A stretch of DNA of 64,000 bases from contig CP086569.2 in assembly GCA_009914755.4 (NCBI GenBank), forward strand, positions 17,600,001 to 17,664,000, in the 5' to 3' direction. Positions 1-14,250 of this stretch are shown one piece after another (within the stretch, counting starts at the first letter, position 1; each line of letters begins with the position of its first letter). This DNA comes from the human T2T-CHM13v2.0 reference genome, Homo sapiens. The notes under the pieces were generated by a model. That model was not told where the DNA came from. It saw nothing but the letters and a program-made list of their open reading frames with translations, and ran no database searches. A program made the position numbers and the translations under genes.

Positions 1-685
1 AAAGAGAAAACACTTCCTCTGTGTCCTCCAAAGGTTTCCCGAAAATGAACTGAGAATAGGCAGATTCATAGGAGAAAGGACATACTATGTTTATATAAAA
101 TGCAGAAACAGAGAGGAATCCCAGGAGAATGATTACTCAATAAACCAATGAGGCCCATGTGCTTATACACCCTATTACATATGGGAAGGGAGAGATGGGA
201 TCTGTGAAAGTAAACGATTTTCAGGGAAAAAGGATAAGCCCAAAGATCAATGGTCTGGAAGGAATTTCCTTTGACCTCTGGTTAGAGGAGCGAAGGTGAG
301 GGGCAGAACTTCACTGTGAACAAAAGTTGTCTTATTATGCAGACAAAGTCTCCCAGGCAATATATTAGGGTTGCACTCAGAAGAATAGATGAAAAGCTTT
401 CCTTTCTCCAGTGATTAAGTATTTCCTGGGTATTTGATAATATTCCTAGGGAAGAAAGTCGGAAACCATCATTCTCAGCAAACTATCACAAGGACAAAAA
501 ACCAAACACTGCATTTTTAAATAAAAGTTTTCTAGAGAGTTCCACCTGGAGCTTTGGGAAGAAGGAGAATCAGAGAGATGAGCGTAGCAGAAAGTTAGAG
601 AAAGACTTTGGTCTGCAGGCTTGTTTCTGAAATTGTTCTAATTCCTTTAATCCACAGCACTCAGCATGCCAAAGTGACCTTTTCT

Positions 686-997
686 CTTTCTTTCTTTTTT
701 TTTTTTTTTTTTTGAGACAGGTTCTTGCTCTATCATCCAGGATAGAGTGCAGTGGCACAGTCTCAGCTCACTGCAACATATTCTTCTCACGCTCAAGTGA
801 TTCTCATGTCTCAGCCTCTGGAGCTGCTGCAATTACAGGCAAGGACCACCATGCCTGGCTAATTTTTTTGTAGTTTTTGTAGAGATGGGGATTCTCCATG
901 TTGGCCATGCTGGTCTTGAACTGCTGACCTCAGTTGCTTTGTCCACCTTGGCATCCCAAAGTTCTGGGATTACAGGCATGAGCCACCATGGCTGGCC
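686..997 (-). mobile_element. Alu SINE, full-length dimer, antisense
   Basis: Poly-T at 691-713 is followed by 'gagacag...gcagtggcacagtctcagctcactgcaac...gggattacaggcatgagccaccatggctggcc', the reverse complement of the Alu consensus. Confidence 0.93.
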
Positions 998-2316
998 AAA
1001 AGTGCCATATTTGAGGGTATCACTTTTTTCACCACAACAGACCACTTTTAAAAATTGTAGAAATTCAGCTGGAGTTTATTCATTTATACTTCCATAACAT
1101 AAATTCCACACCATATTTTAACACATGGAAGTGCTGACTCATAGAATCACATGGTGGTTAGCATTTTTACATTTTAGTATTTAGACATTTCTTAAGGTGT
1201 ATGTAAGGTTCACTTAGCTTTATTTTAATTAATTAAGATTCAAATGAAAGATTGAGGCAGGGCTTTTGGGATATGAAGGCTGGAATCAACAAGCAGGGAG
1301 AGATAGCATATAACAAAAAAATAAGAGAAGATTCTGATGTGAGAAGAGTGAAAAATTTAGAGAAAACATGAACCTTTAATCTACAAGTAGTAATGATAGA
1401 TAATGCAGGATTTTCAAAACTTACAAATGAGATTTTTTTCCGTAAGAATTCAAAGCATAAAACTCAAAGGATAACTATGTCAGTGAACTTTAATGTATTC
1501 TTACAGCCATGAGTATAAATTTTCCTTTTCATATTTTTCTTATTTATTTACTTAAATGAAAAGCATTCTTTATAGCTCTTAGTAGGGACTTTATAAATTA
1601 ATTCCTATTTTAAAAATATTTAACTTATTTTTCCTGCAGGAAAATTAATTTCCTCTTTCTCCTCATGCATATAAAATCATCTGCTTTCCTTAAAAAACAT
1701 CCATTAATAACTGATTTCATTTTGCGACATCCCAGTCTTTCCTTTATTCTACCTCTAAATAAACCTCCATTTTTCTTTCCTAATGAGAAACCTCCATTTC
1801 TTTTCTGTATCTATCAACTCTCTACACCCTATCATATAGCATCCTTTTCCTCTGTGGCCTAATATCAACATTTTTAACACATTTGGCACAAAACACATAA
1901 CATCTTCTCATCTTTTCTTATATATTTGCCTTTTCATGCCATGAAAACATCACTCTTTATTAGTAAGATCTCACTGTAACATTTACATACTTTTGATGTG
2001 CAGACAGACACTTCATATTTTCTGCCACTAGGACAAATTTGAAGAAAATATTCTTCCCTTTTTGGGTGATGTTGCTAATAAAGATTAAGTATCAAAATAA
2101 ATACACTTTAAACTCCATAAAAATGCATTCATCCACAAATATCGTTCTACTAAAAATTTATATGAAGGAAATGCATCTAGATACTGTTAGTATATGAACA
2201 ATTAATATCTTTGTTGAAGTGCATACATTGATGGTTCTTTCCAAATGAACCAATGCAAAGTAATACCTCTACACCACATAATTAGCTGTTTCTAAGTAAT
2301 TACATTATTCATTCAT

Positions 2317-2670
2317 TGATATGGTTTGGCTCTGTGTCCCCACCCAAATCTCACCTCCAGTTGTAATCCCCACATGTAATGGGAGGGAGGCGATTACTTT
2401 GTTGCAGTCATTTCCCCCATGCTGTTGTGAGATACTGAGTGAATTTTAATGAGGTCTGATGATTTTATATGGCAATTTTCCCTTCTGTTGCTACTTTCTC
2501 CTCCTGCCATGTAAAATGTGCCTGCTTTCCCTTCCACAAGATTGTAAGTTTCTTGTGGCCTCCCCATCCATGTTGCAGAAATGTGATGCAATTAGACCTC
2601 TTTCCTTTAAAAATTACCTAGTCCCGGGAAGTATCTTTATAGCAATACAGTCATCAACTTAAACAAAAGA
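2317..2670 (+). mobile_element. MaLR solo LTR, THE1-like
   Basis: Starts 'tgatatggtttggctctgtgtccccacccaaatctcacc' and continues '...gccatgtaaaatgtgcctgctttccc...cctttaaaaattacctagtcccgggaagtatctttatagcaa'. This matches the THE1/MST LTR consensus as I remember it. Confidence 0.7.
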
Positions 2671-4851
2671 TGGTGGTGTAAGTTAACATCTTAATGAGTC
2701 TGAAAATAACACAACAATAAAATATTAGAGAATATTAGGGAAATGGTATCCTGAGTTAAAAATTCAATAATAGACATGCATTGCATGTCTGTATCAACAT
2801 ATCTCATGAAACATATAAATATATAAACCTATTATGTTCCCACAAAAAGAAAAAAATTAAGAAAAATTCAATTACCTATCTTTGTCCTTTCTAAACCTCA
2901 GCTAATACACCAGTACTAATGTCTGCAATGTGAAATAATACTTTGGGAAAAAGAATTCTGAATCAGGTGGGGTATTTCCTGAGCTCATTTGTACAAATGT
3001 GTCATTTCCCCAAATTTTATGTATTCTGGGCATGAAATGAACAGAGAAGCACTCTAGTTTATCCCCCAAATTTGCTTCAATGTATTGCTAATGAAGATCC
3101 ATTATTCAGCTCTCAATTTAAATAATTATGCACACACACTTACTTTTCCTAGTTAAGAATAATTATTGCTGATTTATATGTAAGGGGGAAAGGATTGTTA
3201 TCCTGGAATTGTCAGTACCTGAATTTTAACTCAAAAGAATAAAGAACAGGTTGTGAAGAACTGCCACCCCAAGGCCTTTGATGAACACTCTCCATTTCCT
3301 AGCTCTGATATCTTGGCCTCATGAATTTCACCATCATTAAATGTTTATTGACATATCTCCATAAGAGAATTTGCAGAGCTTCTAAGGTCTTTAATATTTA
3401 CATTAATAATTCCAACTATTAATAATTTTCTTTTTCTCATTATTTGGATTACATAGTTAACACTTTTTAAACACTATTACTGGAAGCAAATGGACAAACA
3501 AGAAACATTGGATTATTATTTTGGTTTTCTCAAGCATAGCCCCAGGTCTTAGAATGGAGGGCAGAGTGTCTAATCTCTCAAGGATACTAACAGTGAACTA
3601 GTCAAGACTGTAAGCTCCAGGATCATTCACATGAAAATTTTCTATGTAACAAAGCCAAGGGGAGGACATGCTAACCAAGCATTGTGATGATTCCCTCTAG
3701 AGCTACTCCTCCAAATAGGGACTCTCTTTAGAGTTAGCACATTTGTAGGACAGACCCCTCTAACTTAATGGTAGTGAGAATAAGTCTCATTCAGAAACGT
3801 ATGGGGCACACCCTGAGAAAGAAGGCTGAGGCAGTAAGAGGACACAGTAGGAAAGGGAGAACTATGGTAGTGTAGAAACCTTTCAACCAGAGAAACCATA
3901 TGGCCAACAGAAAGCATATGACACTGGAATCCAGATGAAAATTTGAACCGTGGTTCCACCATTTAATGGCCCCATGAGCATGAGATAATTGCATCACCAC
4001 TGAAAAATAATGAACATTTCTGACTTTATATGCCCCAGGCACTGCTTATTAATCCTTTGTAAAGAAAAAATAAAATTCTGAGCCCCTCCATCATCTGAAC
4101 AGACCCCTCCTCTCAGCAAGGGCATTCCAAAGTTAGCCTGAAAAACTAGTTCAGATCATGATGGGAAGTAGGGCTCAGAAATGCCTCATTATATCCTCAT
4201 TCTCTTTGGAATTCTGGAAAAGCTGACCAGCATTAACTTAAACACAGCCCTAAAGTCTGATAAGAAACATTTACAATATGTTCCCTCTGAAGCCTGCTAC
4301 CTGGAGGCCTCCTCTGCATGGTAAAACCTTGCTCCACAACCCCTTATCATAACCCAGATCTCTGTTGATTCCAGGTCTTTAGATAATAACTGTTTCAACC
4401 AACTGCCAATCAGGAAATCTTTAAATCTACCTATGACCTGCTTTGAGACATCCTGACTTTCCAGGTTGAACCAACATACACCTTACATGTATTGATTTGT
4501 ATATTATGTCACCCTAAAATATATAAAAGGAAGGTGTACTATGATCATCTGAAGCACCCAGCATCCAGACCTCCTGAAGCTATGTCACAGGCATGTGCCT
4601 AATATTGGGAAAAGTAAACTTTCTAAATTGATTGAGACCTGTTTCAGATACTTTTGGTTTCAGACCTTTAACTCTCAAGATAATCACCCATGAAATGTGC
4701 AGAAAGGAGCAGAGTAAATTCTTCATAAAAAGAAGTGTCTTTGATTTATTACAGGTATACCTTGAAAAATGTATCATGGGGAGAGGAAAAGATGTTCTTC
4801 CCCCAGTGGAGGGAAAGAAGTAGTTCAGTTACTGCCATGTAGATAAATATG

Positions 4852-5105
4852 TTTCCTGTTGCTGCAGTAACAAACAATCACAAATTTGGTAGTTCAAAAC
4901 AACATTGCTTTATCTTACAGTTATTGAGGCTAGAAGTCTGAAGCCAGTCTTTTTGGGCTAAACTTAAAGATTTGGTAGGGCTTGTTCCTTCTTAGGGTTC
5001 CATGAAAGAATCTGTTTTCTTAACTTCTTCAAATTCTAGAGGCCACTGCATTTAAAGCTAGCAGCATAGCAAATTCAGATTTATCTCTGACTCTTCCAAG
5101 GGCTT
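4852..5105 (+). repeat. Ancient interspersed repeat, family uncertain (my guess is an old L1M-type 3'-UTR fragment)
   Basis: Contains 'gctgcagtaacaaacaatcacaaatttggtagttcaaaacaacattgctttatcttacagttattgaggctagaagtctgaagccagtc', a consensus motif very common in the human genome. I cannot name the family with certainty. Confidence 0.4.
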
Positions 5106-5204
5106 TCATGATTACATAGAGTTTTTCTCAATAATTCAAGATAGTCTCTCCACCTCAACATCTTCAACTTAAACACATCTGCAAGGTACCTTTTACCATA
5201 TATA

Positions 5205-5745
5205 TATAAAGCATTCTGTTATAAAGATACATGCACATTTGTATTTATTGCACCACAGTTCACAATAGCAAAAGATAGAAGCAAGCTAAATGCCCATCAA
5301 TTATAGACTAGGTAAAGAAAATGTGGTATATTTACACCATGGAATACTATGCAGCCATAAAAAAATAATGAGCACATGCCCTTTGCTGAAACTTGTTTGG
5401 AGTTGGAAACTGTTATCCTTAGCAAACTAAGGCAGAAACAGAAAACCAAATACCACATGTTCTCACTTGTAAGTGGAAACTGAATGATGAGAACACATAG
5501 ACACATGGTGGGGAACAACACACACTGGGGCCTCTCACAAGGCAGCGGTGGGGAGGGAGAGCACTAGGAAAAATAGCTAATGCATGCTGGGCTTAGTGCC
5601 TAAGTGACAGGCTCATAGGTGCAGCAAACCAATGTGGCACACTTTTTTACCTGTATAGCAAACTGCAAATCCTGCACATGTACCCTTTAACTTAAAATAA
5701 AAGTAGAAGAAAAAATAAATAAAAATAAATAATAAAGTAATATTA
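5205..5745 (+). mobile_element. L1 3' end fragment (end of ORF2 plus 3'UTR), older L1PA/L1PB-like
   Basis: 'cacaatagcaaaagatagaagcaagctaaatgcccatcaat...atggaatactatgcagccataaaaa...ttctcacttgtaagtggaaactgaatgatgagaacacatagacacat' and an A-rich tail 'aataaataataaag'. Confidence 0.9.
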
Positions 5746-6505
5746 ACAGGCTCTGGGATTATGATCTGCTCACTCTCACACTCCATTATTTAGCCTACCA
5801 GAAGATTGCTATGAGAAATGTTACTGGGTGTACACATCAGTAAAATTTGTTGATAGAAGAGAATGTGTGAAAACAGTGGTCTTCTACAATAACACATATA
5901 ATGATCAATTTTGGAGAGGACATCATTTCTCAATGCTCTTTGGCCAATCAATAGAAGTACTGAAATCTCAAGGGTGAGACTGTGCACAGTCAACGCCAGT
6001 AAATGCTTTGAGATTCAACCATAGAAGTTTGGATATAGTTTAAGGAACAGAATCTGGAGTTCCACAGTCCTAGGCCTAACCCCTTAATCAAGACTGTGGT
6101 ACATGTTCATCTGTTGGAAAGGTTTTACAAAGAGAGTCCTTGTCAGAACCACGCTCCTGAATTCCTCAGAATATACAGTCAGGCAAAGATTTAAAGGGAG
6201 CCAGCATAGTCTGTTTGGGAACGTGCAGTATGTCTTTTACTTTGCTTTTAAATTCAAACATGGACAGACAGAGCTAACAAAAATATAATCAGAGACACAC
6301 GTTTTTGGTTTATAGTTGGAGACTGGTGCTCACGCAGTCTTTGTCAAAGGATGTTGCTCCAGACATCCATCAGAACTGAAAGTATTTGAGGTTGTTGGAC
6401 AAAAGGACCCTAGCAACGTGGTGAGATCTTGGTTGAGCCAGGTTAAATGTTTCCAGAATGCAGTGATTCCTGGAACATCTAAAAAAAACATCAATTTTAT
6501 TTTGT

Positions 6506-7045
6506 AATTTATGAAAAATAATTGTATATATTCATGGTATACATAATGATGTTTTGATACATACAATGTCAGGTGATCAGGTTTGGGTAATTAGCATATT
6601 CATCATATTAAATATTTATGATTGCTTTGTGCTGGGAACATTCCATATCCTCCTTCTAGCTGTTCTAAACTATGTAATATATTGTTAACTATAGTCATCT
6701 TTTAGTGCTATAGAACAATAGAACTTATACTTCCTATGTAGCTGTAATTTTGCATCCTTTAACAAATCTTTCCTTAAGTTCCTTTACCCCCTACCCCTCC
6801 CAGCTTCTGGTACCATTTGTTTTACTTTAACTTCTTTGAGATGAGTTTGTTTTTTTTGTTGTTGCTTTTGCTTTCTTTGTTTGTTTGCTTTTTGTTTTTT
6901 AGCTTCTATGTATGAGTGAGAACATGTGTGTTTAACTCTCTGTTACTGGATTACTTAATGTCTTCCAGTTCCATCAATGTTGCTGTGAAAGACAAAATTT
7001 TAGTCTTTTTTTATGGCTGGATAGTACTCCATTGGTTATGTTAAT
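6506..7045 (-). mobile_element. L1 3' fragment (older L1PB/L1MA-like), antisense
   Basis: 'attgttaactatagtcatcttttagtgctatagaacaatagaacttatacttcctatgtagctgtaattttg...tgagtgagaacatgtgtgtttaac...ttatggctggatagtactccattg' is the antisense of an old L1 3' region. Confidence 0.8.
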
Positions 7046-8789
7046 ATACATGAAAAATCCTTAAGCATGAAAATAGGGTTTTTTTATGAGTTTTTTTAAT
7101 AAACTTATTTGATCCAGAATACCTTTTATTTCAGAAATATCTTGAATAACTAACATTTTCTATGCCAACACTTTACTGGGTATACATAGCACCTGGAGAT
7201 GTCTTCTTAAGCAAATTTTGACTCCATAGATCTGAAAAAGGGGTCAATATTTTGCTTGTTTAATAAGCTCCCATGTGATGCTGAGGCTGCTGTCCTGAGA
7301 CCACATTTCCAGTCATGAGCAGACATTCAAAGAAATGCAGCAGTTTTATTCACAGAAATCTCTGGAATAGAGGGGGGCATGATTTATATAATAGTCCACC
7401 TTGAGTAAAATCTACACAAAGGTTTTTGAAATGCAGAAAAGGCCTAGTGGAAATTTGCACAAATGCGATTTCATATTACCCAAACATTTGTGGTTGCTCT
7501 AAATGGCTGACAATTCTTTTACTTCAAGGCAATTGTTTAAATGGAATAGAGAATTCTAACAATGTATGAGCAAAAATAATTATCAAAATGTAGATGTTTG
7601 AGAGTTTGTGGAATGAGAGATAAACTAAAGTGAATATTAATTATAAAATTAACCTCTGATTGGAAGAACTGCAGCTTTACAAATGATTCCCTTTAGGGAG
7701 TGAATCATTCTCTACAAACTCTGGTTTGAATTGGACTAAACCCAAACAATGTTGCTTCTTCTTGTGGAGAATAGGGCATTTTTCTCAAGTGATCCATCTC
7801 ACAAGTTAGGAGATGAGGTGGATAAGAGCAGTTGACCTCTAAATTAATAAAACTAGCATTTTAATGTCATTATTCTAATGAAGCAATGGGAATCAATACT
7901 GCAGTTTCAATCACTGAAGTTTTCATAAATGGAATGGCACCCCACCCTATCTTATGAAGACACAGTTTCAGGGCTGGAAATATGAATTTGGAAGAATAGC
8001 TTAAGACATAGTTCTCATAATGCCTTTTCTTTTCTCTGGATGTCACCATCTCAGACTAAGAGTATCATCTAGTATGTTCTAGACTTTCACCAGATGGGGA
8101 GCTTGTATTCAATTCTGAGGGCTCCATTATCAAATTAGCAGAGGCATTTAAAGCAGAGCGACTCAATCTTGAAAGGGTCTCAGTTAAATAAGGCTGGGAC
8201 CTACCGGTCTGGATTCCCAGGAGTTAGGCATCCTTAGTCACAGGATGAGATCGTCACAAGATACAGGTCAAAAAGGACCCCCGATAAAACAAAATGTGTA
8301 AAGAAGCTGGCCAAAACCCAACAAACCTAGATGGCAACAAAAGGGACCTCTCAGTAATCATTATATAATAATTACAATACATGAGCTTGTTGAAAGACAC
8401 TGTCACCAGCACCATGACAGTTTACAAATTTCATGGCAATGTCATGAAGATACCCTCTGTGCTCTAAAAGGGGAGGAACCCTCAGTTGTTGGAAATCCCC
8501 ATGTCTTTCCTAGGAAACTCATAACAATCCACCCTGTGTTTAGTATATGATCAAGAAATAACCATAAAAATAGCCAACCAGAAGCCCTTATGGCTGTTCT
8601 TCCTATGAAACACTCATTCTTTTGTTTCTTTACTTCTCTGATACATTTGCTTTCATTTACTCCATGAACTTGTTCCAAATGCTTTGTTATGTGAGGTCTC
8701 TTCTTTGGGGTCTTGATGGGGAATGCTTTCTGGTAACAAAAGTACCACAAGCAGGATGGCCTAAAGAACACACGCAGATTGTCTTACAA

Positions 8790-9240
8790 TTCTGGAAGCC
8801 AAAAATCTGAGACGTAGATGTTGGCAGTGTTGGTGCCTTCTGGAGGCTCTGGAAGAGAAAATGTTTCATGCCTCACCCATAAGTTCTGGTAGTTTTCTGG
8901 CAATTTTTGTGTTCCTTGACTTGTAGAGGCAACACATCAACCTCTGTAGTCACATTATATGGTGTTCTCTGTAGTCACCTTATATGGTGTTCTCTTTCTT
9001 TTTAACTTTGTCCAAATTTCCACTTCTTAAAAGGTCACCAACCCGAATGACCCCATATTAATTTGATTATCTTCAATGACTACTATGAAATACAATCATG
9101 TACTGAAGTAGTGGGTGTTAGGACACTGTGGGTGGGTCACCCTGAAGGTGGATCTTCCTCTCGCAGTCCTAATCCCCACTACAATATGTAAATTTGGCTG
9201 AGACACAATTCAACCCATAACTATACCTGGGGTATTATTC
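8790..9240 (+). repeat. Ancient interspersed repeat (same uncertain family as 4852-5105 and 37860-38170) with an internal 25-bp tandem duplication
   Basis: 'ttctggaagccaaaaatctgagacgtagatgttggcagtgttggtgccttctggaggctctgg...tagaggcaacacatcaacctctgtagtcac...acaattcaacccataacta'. The duplicated unit is 'tgtagtcacattatatggtgttctc', present twice at 8946-8995. Confidence 0.4.
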
Positions 9241-11387
9241 AGTGTTCTATAGAGGGAATAAATCAATGGGATATATGTGTAAAGGAAAGGGAGTTTCTTA
9301 GGGAGAACTGACTTTCATGATCACAAGGCAAAGTCCCACAATAGGTCATCAGCAAACTGAGAAGCAAGGAAGCCAGTAGTGGCTCAGTCCAAGTCAAAAA
9401 GCCTCCAAAGTATTGAAGCTGACCGTGCAGCCTTCAGTCTATGGCCAAATGACCAACAGCCCCTGGCAAACCACTGGCGTAAGTCCAACAGTCCAAAAGC
9501 CAAACTTGGAATCTGATGATTGAAGGCAGGAAGCATCCAGCATGGGAGAAAATTGAAGCCTGAAAGACTCAGCAGGTCACCTTCTTCCACCTTCTTCTGC
9601 CTGCTTTTTCAGCCATGCTGGCATCCACTGGATGTTGCCCACCCACATTGTGGGTGGCCCTTCCTGAGGGTGGTTTTCCTTTCCCAGTCCACTGACTCAA
9701 ATGTTAATCTTTTCTGGCAACACCCAGAAACAACACTTTTCATCCTTCAATCCAATCAAATTGACACTTAATGTTAACCATTACACCTGGCAATGTCTCA
9801 GCCTGAGATGAATCTGCACAAAATGGCAGCCCCATAGGAGGCAGCCTGAGCCCAGGATATCTGGGCCCTCGGAGCAACTGAATCTTGAAGCCAACTTTAT
9901 TTGGAAGTTGGATTTTTCATATTTTATGCCCCACATTTCAGTTAAGTCATATTAGAGGCTGAAGCTTTTTCTCAAGGTCAGTGATGTCAATTAGCCAGTG
10001 TGTGTAGGTCAGTGCTCTGAAGTAAAGCCATGCTGATGCACATAATTTTTTTTAAAATTACTTCTTTAAATAAAATTTTACAATCTAAAATATCCACTGG
10101 GAGGCAGCTTCCCAGTTACTTATAAAGTAGGATTGGTATTCTATACAGGTGAGTGATGTGGCCCAGAGTCAATTCATTAACTAATAAACATAGAAACAAA
10201 CTCAAAAGCAAACTAATCAATGAAAGGAAGCAAAAGTAGCAGCTGATTAGGTGGCTGTGAAGTTCAATTTCACAGTCTCACAGAATTCACACTGTAGGAT
10301 CTGGAGTGCTATTGCTGCTGACAAAAAGTAGTAGGGCTTCAGTAGCTTAAAGAGGTAGAAAATAATACCATTCTTAGGCTGTGTATGTAGCACTACTTAA
10401 TTGAAATAAAATATTAATTAAAATAAAAGGATACACCCTAAGGATAGGGTTAAGGATAACCCTAAGCTATTTCTTAACTTCCTTCTTCTAGTTCCTTGAG
10501 ATTCCACTTGCTATGAAATACATCTTGTGGGTTTTGAAGTTAAGGGCAAAGTTTTCATTTCTAATCCTACAATTTATTTGTTGAGTTACCTCTAGCAAAT
10601 AGTCCAACTCTCTGCACTTCATCTTTCTCATTAGGAGAAAAGGTCATAGTACTCCCAATTCAAATAAATAGATGGAAATCAAATTGATTGCTACATTTGA
10701 GACTATTTGTAAGGTGTAAAAATAAATCATTCCATATTATTGCTGCTATTATTATGATTATTTCTAATTTGTTTTGTGGCTTTCACTAATACTAAAATGT
10801 GTAGGAGTAGCATGTTTACACTTACCCTGGAGAGGTATGATGCAAGAGAGTTTATTTGCATCAATTCGTTTTTAGTATTTCCGGGTGACCTACACTTAAA
10901 CATATGGCCTATCCAACAAGAAAATTGGAAATACATAGTGTCTATTTGCCATGGGTAATGTGAAAGTATGTGAAAGAGATAGTCAAAGTTTTTCAGGCTT
11001 TGCTGCATAATGCATTCCAGGGATATAAAATCAAGGAAAGTGGGAGTTTAAACAAAGCCAATATTTTTATTGTGAACATAAAGACATGCCAGGAAATTAA
11101 CAAAAAGGAAAATGATCTTTTGAGAGAGAGAAAATGGAATATGCTATTTGGATAAAAGACAAGTGTTGGAGCTTACATTGGTAAGGAAAATAGTGAAGAA
11201 GTTTTAGAAAATTTTTGTTGTTATTGAAACAATGAATAAAGGATTAATTGCTTTATTTTCAATATATTTTCTGATGATGCCCAGGAATCTCAACATACCC
11301 TTATATTTGTTCACATAGCTTTGTGATGAGGGACTAAGAAGAGCTGGATATTGTTTGTGAAATAATGACAACAAGAATACTAATTGT

Positions 11388-11669
11388 GGCTGGACCCAGT
11401 AGCTCTCATATCTGTAATCCCAGCACTTAGAGAGGCTGAGGCAGACAGCTCACTTGAGGTCAGAGTTCAAGACCAGCCTGGTCAGCATGGGGAAATCCCA
11501 TCTCTAAGAAAAATACAAAAAACGCCCAGGCATTGTGGTGTATTCCTGTAATTCCAGCTCCTTGGGAGGCTGAGGCAGGAGAATGACTTGACCTGAGAAG
11601 TGGAGGTTGCACTGAGCCAGGATCACATCACTACATGCCAGCCTGGACTACAGAGTGCAACTCTGTCTC

Positions 11670-11670
<1 letters not shown>
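11388..11670 (+). mobile_element. Alu SINE
   Basis: 'ggctggacccagtagctctcatatctgtaatcccagcacttagagaggctgaggcag...cctggactacagagtgcaactctgtctct'. Confidence 0.92.
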
Positions 11671-11704
<34 letters not shown>

Positions 11705-11720
11705 ATCATAAATAAAACTA
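11671..11720. repeat. (AAAT)n microsatellite at an Alu tail
   Basis: About 12 units of 'aaataaataaataaat...'. Confidence 0.95.
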
Positions 11721-12344
11721 GGTATTATCAGTGATCAGTGCTACCTTGTACCAGGAACTTAGCACCTATTATCTCATAGAATATTCACAGCATCCACAGG
11801 AGACAAGTACTAATATTATCCCCATTTTACACATGAAAATTTTGAGACTTTATAGGATTAAGTCATTTGTCCAAGTCACATAGCTAGTGTCTGAGCCTAG
11901 TTTCAAGCCCAGTTATGTCTTTCTCCAAAACCCCCGCAGTGGATTACTGAGAATAAAGACATGCATTTGAGCCAGAGATAAAAATCACAAATTATAACAT
12001 CTCTTCTGCTATGTAAAATCCAGCTAAGATGATCCTGTGAAAGGATATTTTTCACAGGATATTTTTATTATCTTATAGTCTGTAAACTTTGTCCTGTGAA
12101 ACCATAATCAGTCATCTCTTTCAGCTAAAAAGTTAATAGGTGAGCATCTGTTTCTAATTTATTAATGCATGATGTAGGCATATGACCAAAAGGCAAGACC
12201 CAGAATTAGTTAACACATCAGCTTCACATTTCTTCTTAAGCAACCAAAATCACACTGCTGCATTCCAGCTAAGGAACTACTGCTAACATTTCATTCTAAG
12301 TGAGATTACATATTAATTACTTAAAATATAAATTAATAATTCTA

Positions 12345-14250
12345 AAATCTCGTTAAGCTGATAAGCAACTTTAGCAAATTCTCAGGATACAAAATCAATG
12401 TACAAAAATCAGAAGCATTCCTATACACCAATAATGTACAAACAGAGAGCCATATCATGAGTGAACTCCCATTCACAATTACTACAAAGAGAATAAAATA
12501 CCTAGAAATACAACTTACAAAGGATGTGAAAGCCTTCTTTAAGGAGAACTACAAACCACTGCTCAAGGAAATCAAAGAGGATACAAACAAATGGAAGAAC
12601 ATTCCACACGCATGTATAGAAAGAATCAATGTCTTGAAAATGGCCATACCTCCCAAAGTAATTTATAGATTCGATGCTATCGCCATCAAGCTACCATTGA
12701 CTTTCTTCATACAATTAGGAAAAACTATTTTAAATTTCATATGAAACAAACAGACAAACAAAAAGCCTGTATAGCCAAGATAATCCTAAGCAAAAAGAAC
12801 AAAGCTGGAGGCATCACACTACCTGACTTCAAACTATGCTATGAGACTACAATAATCAAAACAGCATAGTACTAGTACCAAAACAGACATATAGACCAAT
12901 GGAACAGAACAGAGGCCTCAGAAATATCACCACACATCTACACCATCTGAACTTTGACAAACCTGACAAAAACAAGCAATAGGGAAAGGATTCCCTATTT
13001 AATAAATTGTGTTGGGAAAACCGGCTAGCCATATGAAAAAAAAAAAAAAAACTGAAATTGGACCCCTTCCTTGCAACTTATACAAAAATTAACTCAAGAT
13101 GGATTAAATGTAAGACCTAAAACCATACAAACCATAGAAGAAAACCTAGGCAATACCATTCAAGACATTGTCATGGGAAAACACTTCATGACTAAAACAC
13201 CAAAAGCAAAGGCAGCAAAAGCCAAAATTCGCAAATGGGATCTAAGTAAACTAAAGAGCTTCTGCACAGCAAAATAAACTGTCATCAGAGTGAACAGGCA
13301 ACCTACAGAATGGGAGAAAATCTTTGCAACCTATCCATCTGACAAAGGGCTAATATCCAGAATCTACAAAGAACTTAAACAAATTTACAAGAAAAAAGAA
13401 AACAACCCCATCAAAAGGTGAATGAAGGATATGCACAGATACTTCTTGAAAGAAGATATTTATGCAGCCAACAATCATATAAAGAAAAGCTCATCATTAC
13501 TTGTCATTAGAGAAATGCAAATTAAATCCACAGTGGGATACCATCTCATGCCAGTTATAAAGGGGATCATTAAAAAGTCAGGAAACATCAGATGCTGGAG
13601 AGGATGTGGAGAAATAGAATGCTTTTACACTGTTGATGGCAGTGTCAATTAGTTCAACCATTGCAAAAGACAGTATGGCAATTCCTCAAGGATCTAGAAC
13701 TAGAAATAATATCTGACACAGCAATTCCATTACTGAGTATATACCGAAAAGATTATAAATCATTCTACTATAAAGACACATGCACATACATGTAGGTTTG
13801 TTGTGGCACTGTTCACAATAGCAAAGACTTGAAACCAACCCAAATGCCCATCAATGATAGACATGATAAAGAAAATGTGGCATATATATACCATGGAATA
13901 CTATGCTGCCATAAAAAAGATGTTTTCACATCCTTTGCAGGGACTTGGATGAAGCTAAAAACAATCATTCTCAGTAAACTAACAGAAGAATGGAAAAACA
14001 AACACCACATGTTCTCGCTTATAAGTGGGAGTTGAACAATAAGAACACATGGTCATAGGGAGAGGAACATCACAGACCCAGGCCTGTTGGGGTTGAGGGG
14101 CTATGGGAGGGATAGCATTAGGAGAAATACCTGATGTAGATGATGGGTTAATGAGTGCAGCAAACCACCATAGCACATGTATACCTATGTAACAAACCTG
14201 CATGTTCTGCACATGTACCCCAGAACATAAAGTATAATTTAAAAAACAAT
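12345..14250 (+). mobile_element. L1 (L1PA-like) 3' portion of ORF2 plus 3'UTR, ~1.9 kb, 5'-truncated
   Basis: The track ORFs at 12457-12744 ([50 protein letters not shown]...) and 13422-13652 (…LLVIREMQIKSTVGYHLMPVIKGIIKKSGNIRCWRGCGEIECFYTVDG) are L1 ORF2 C-terminal segments. The 3' end reads 'catgtaccccagaacataaagtataatttaaaaaacaa'. Confidence 0.95.

Noticed and set aside
8946-8995. 25-bp tandem duplication 'tgtagtcacattatatggtgttctc' x2
   Set aside because: A simple replication-slippage duplication inside an ancient repeat copy. There is no indication of function.
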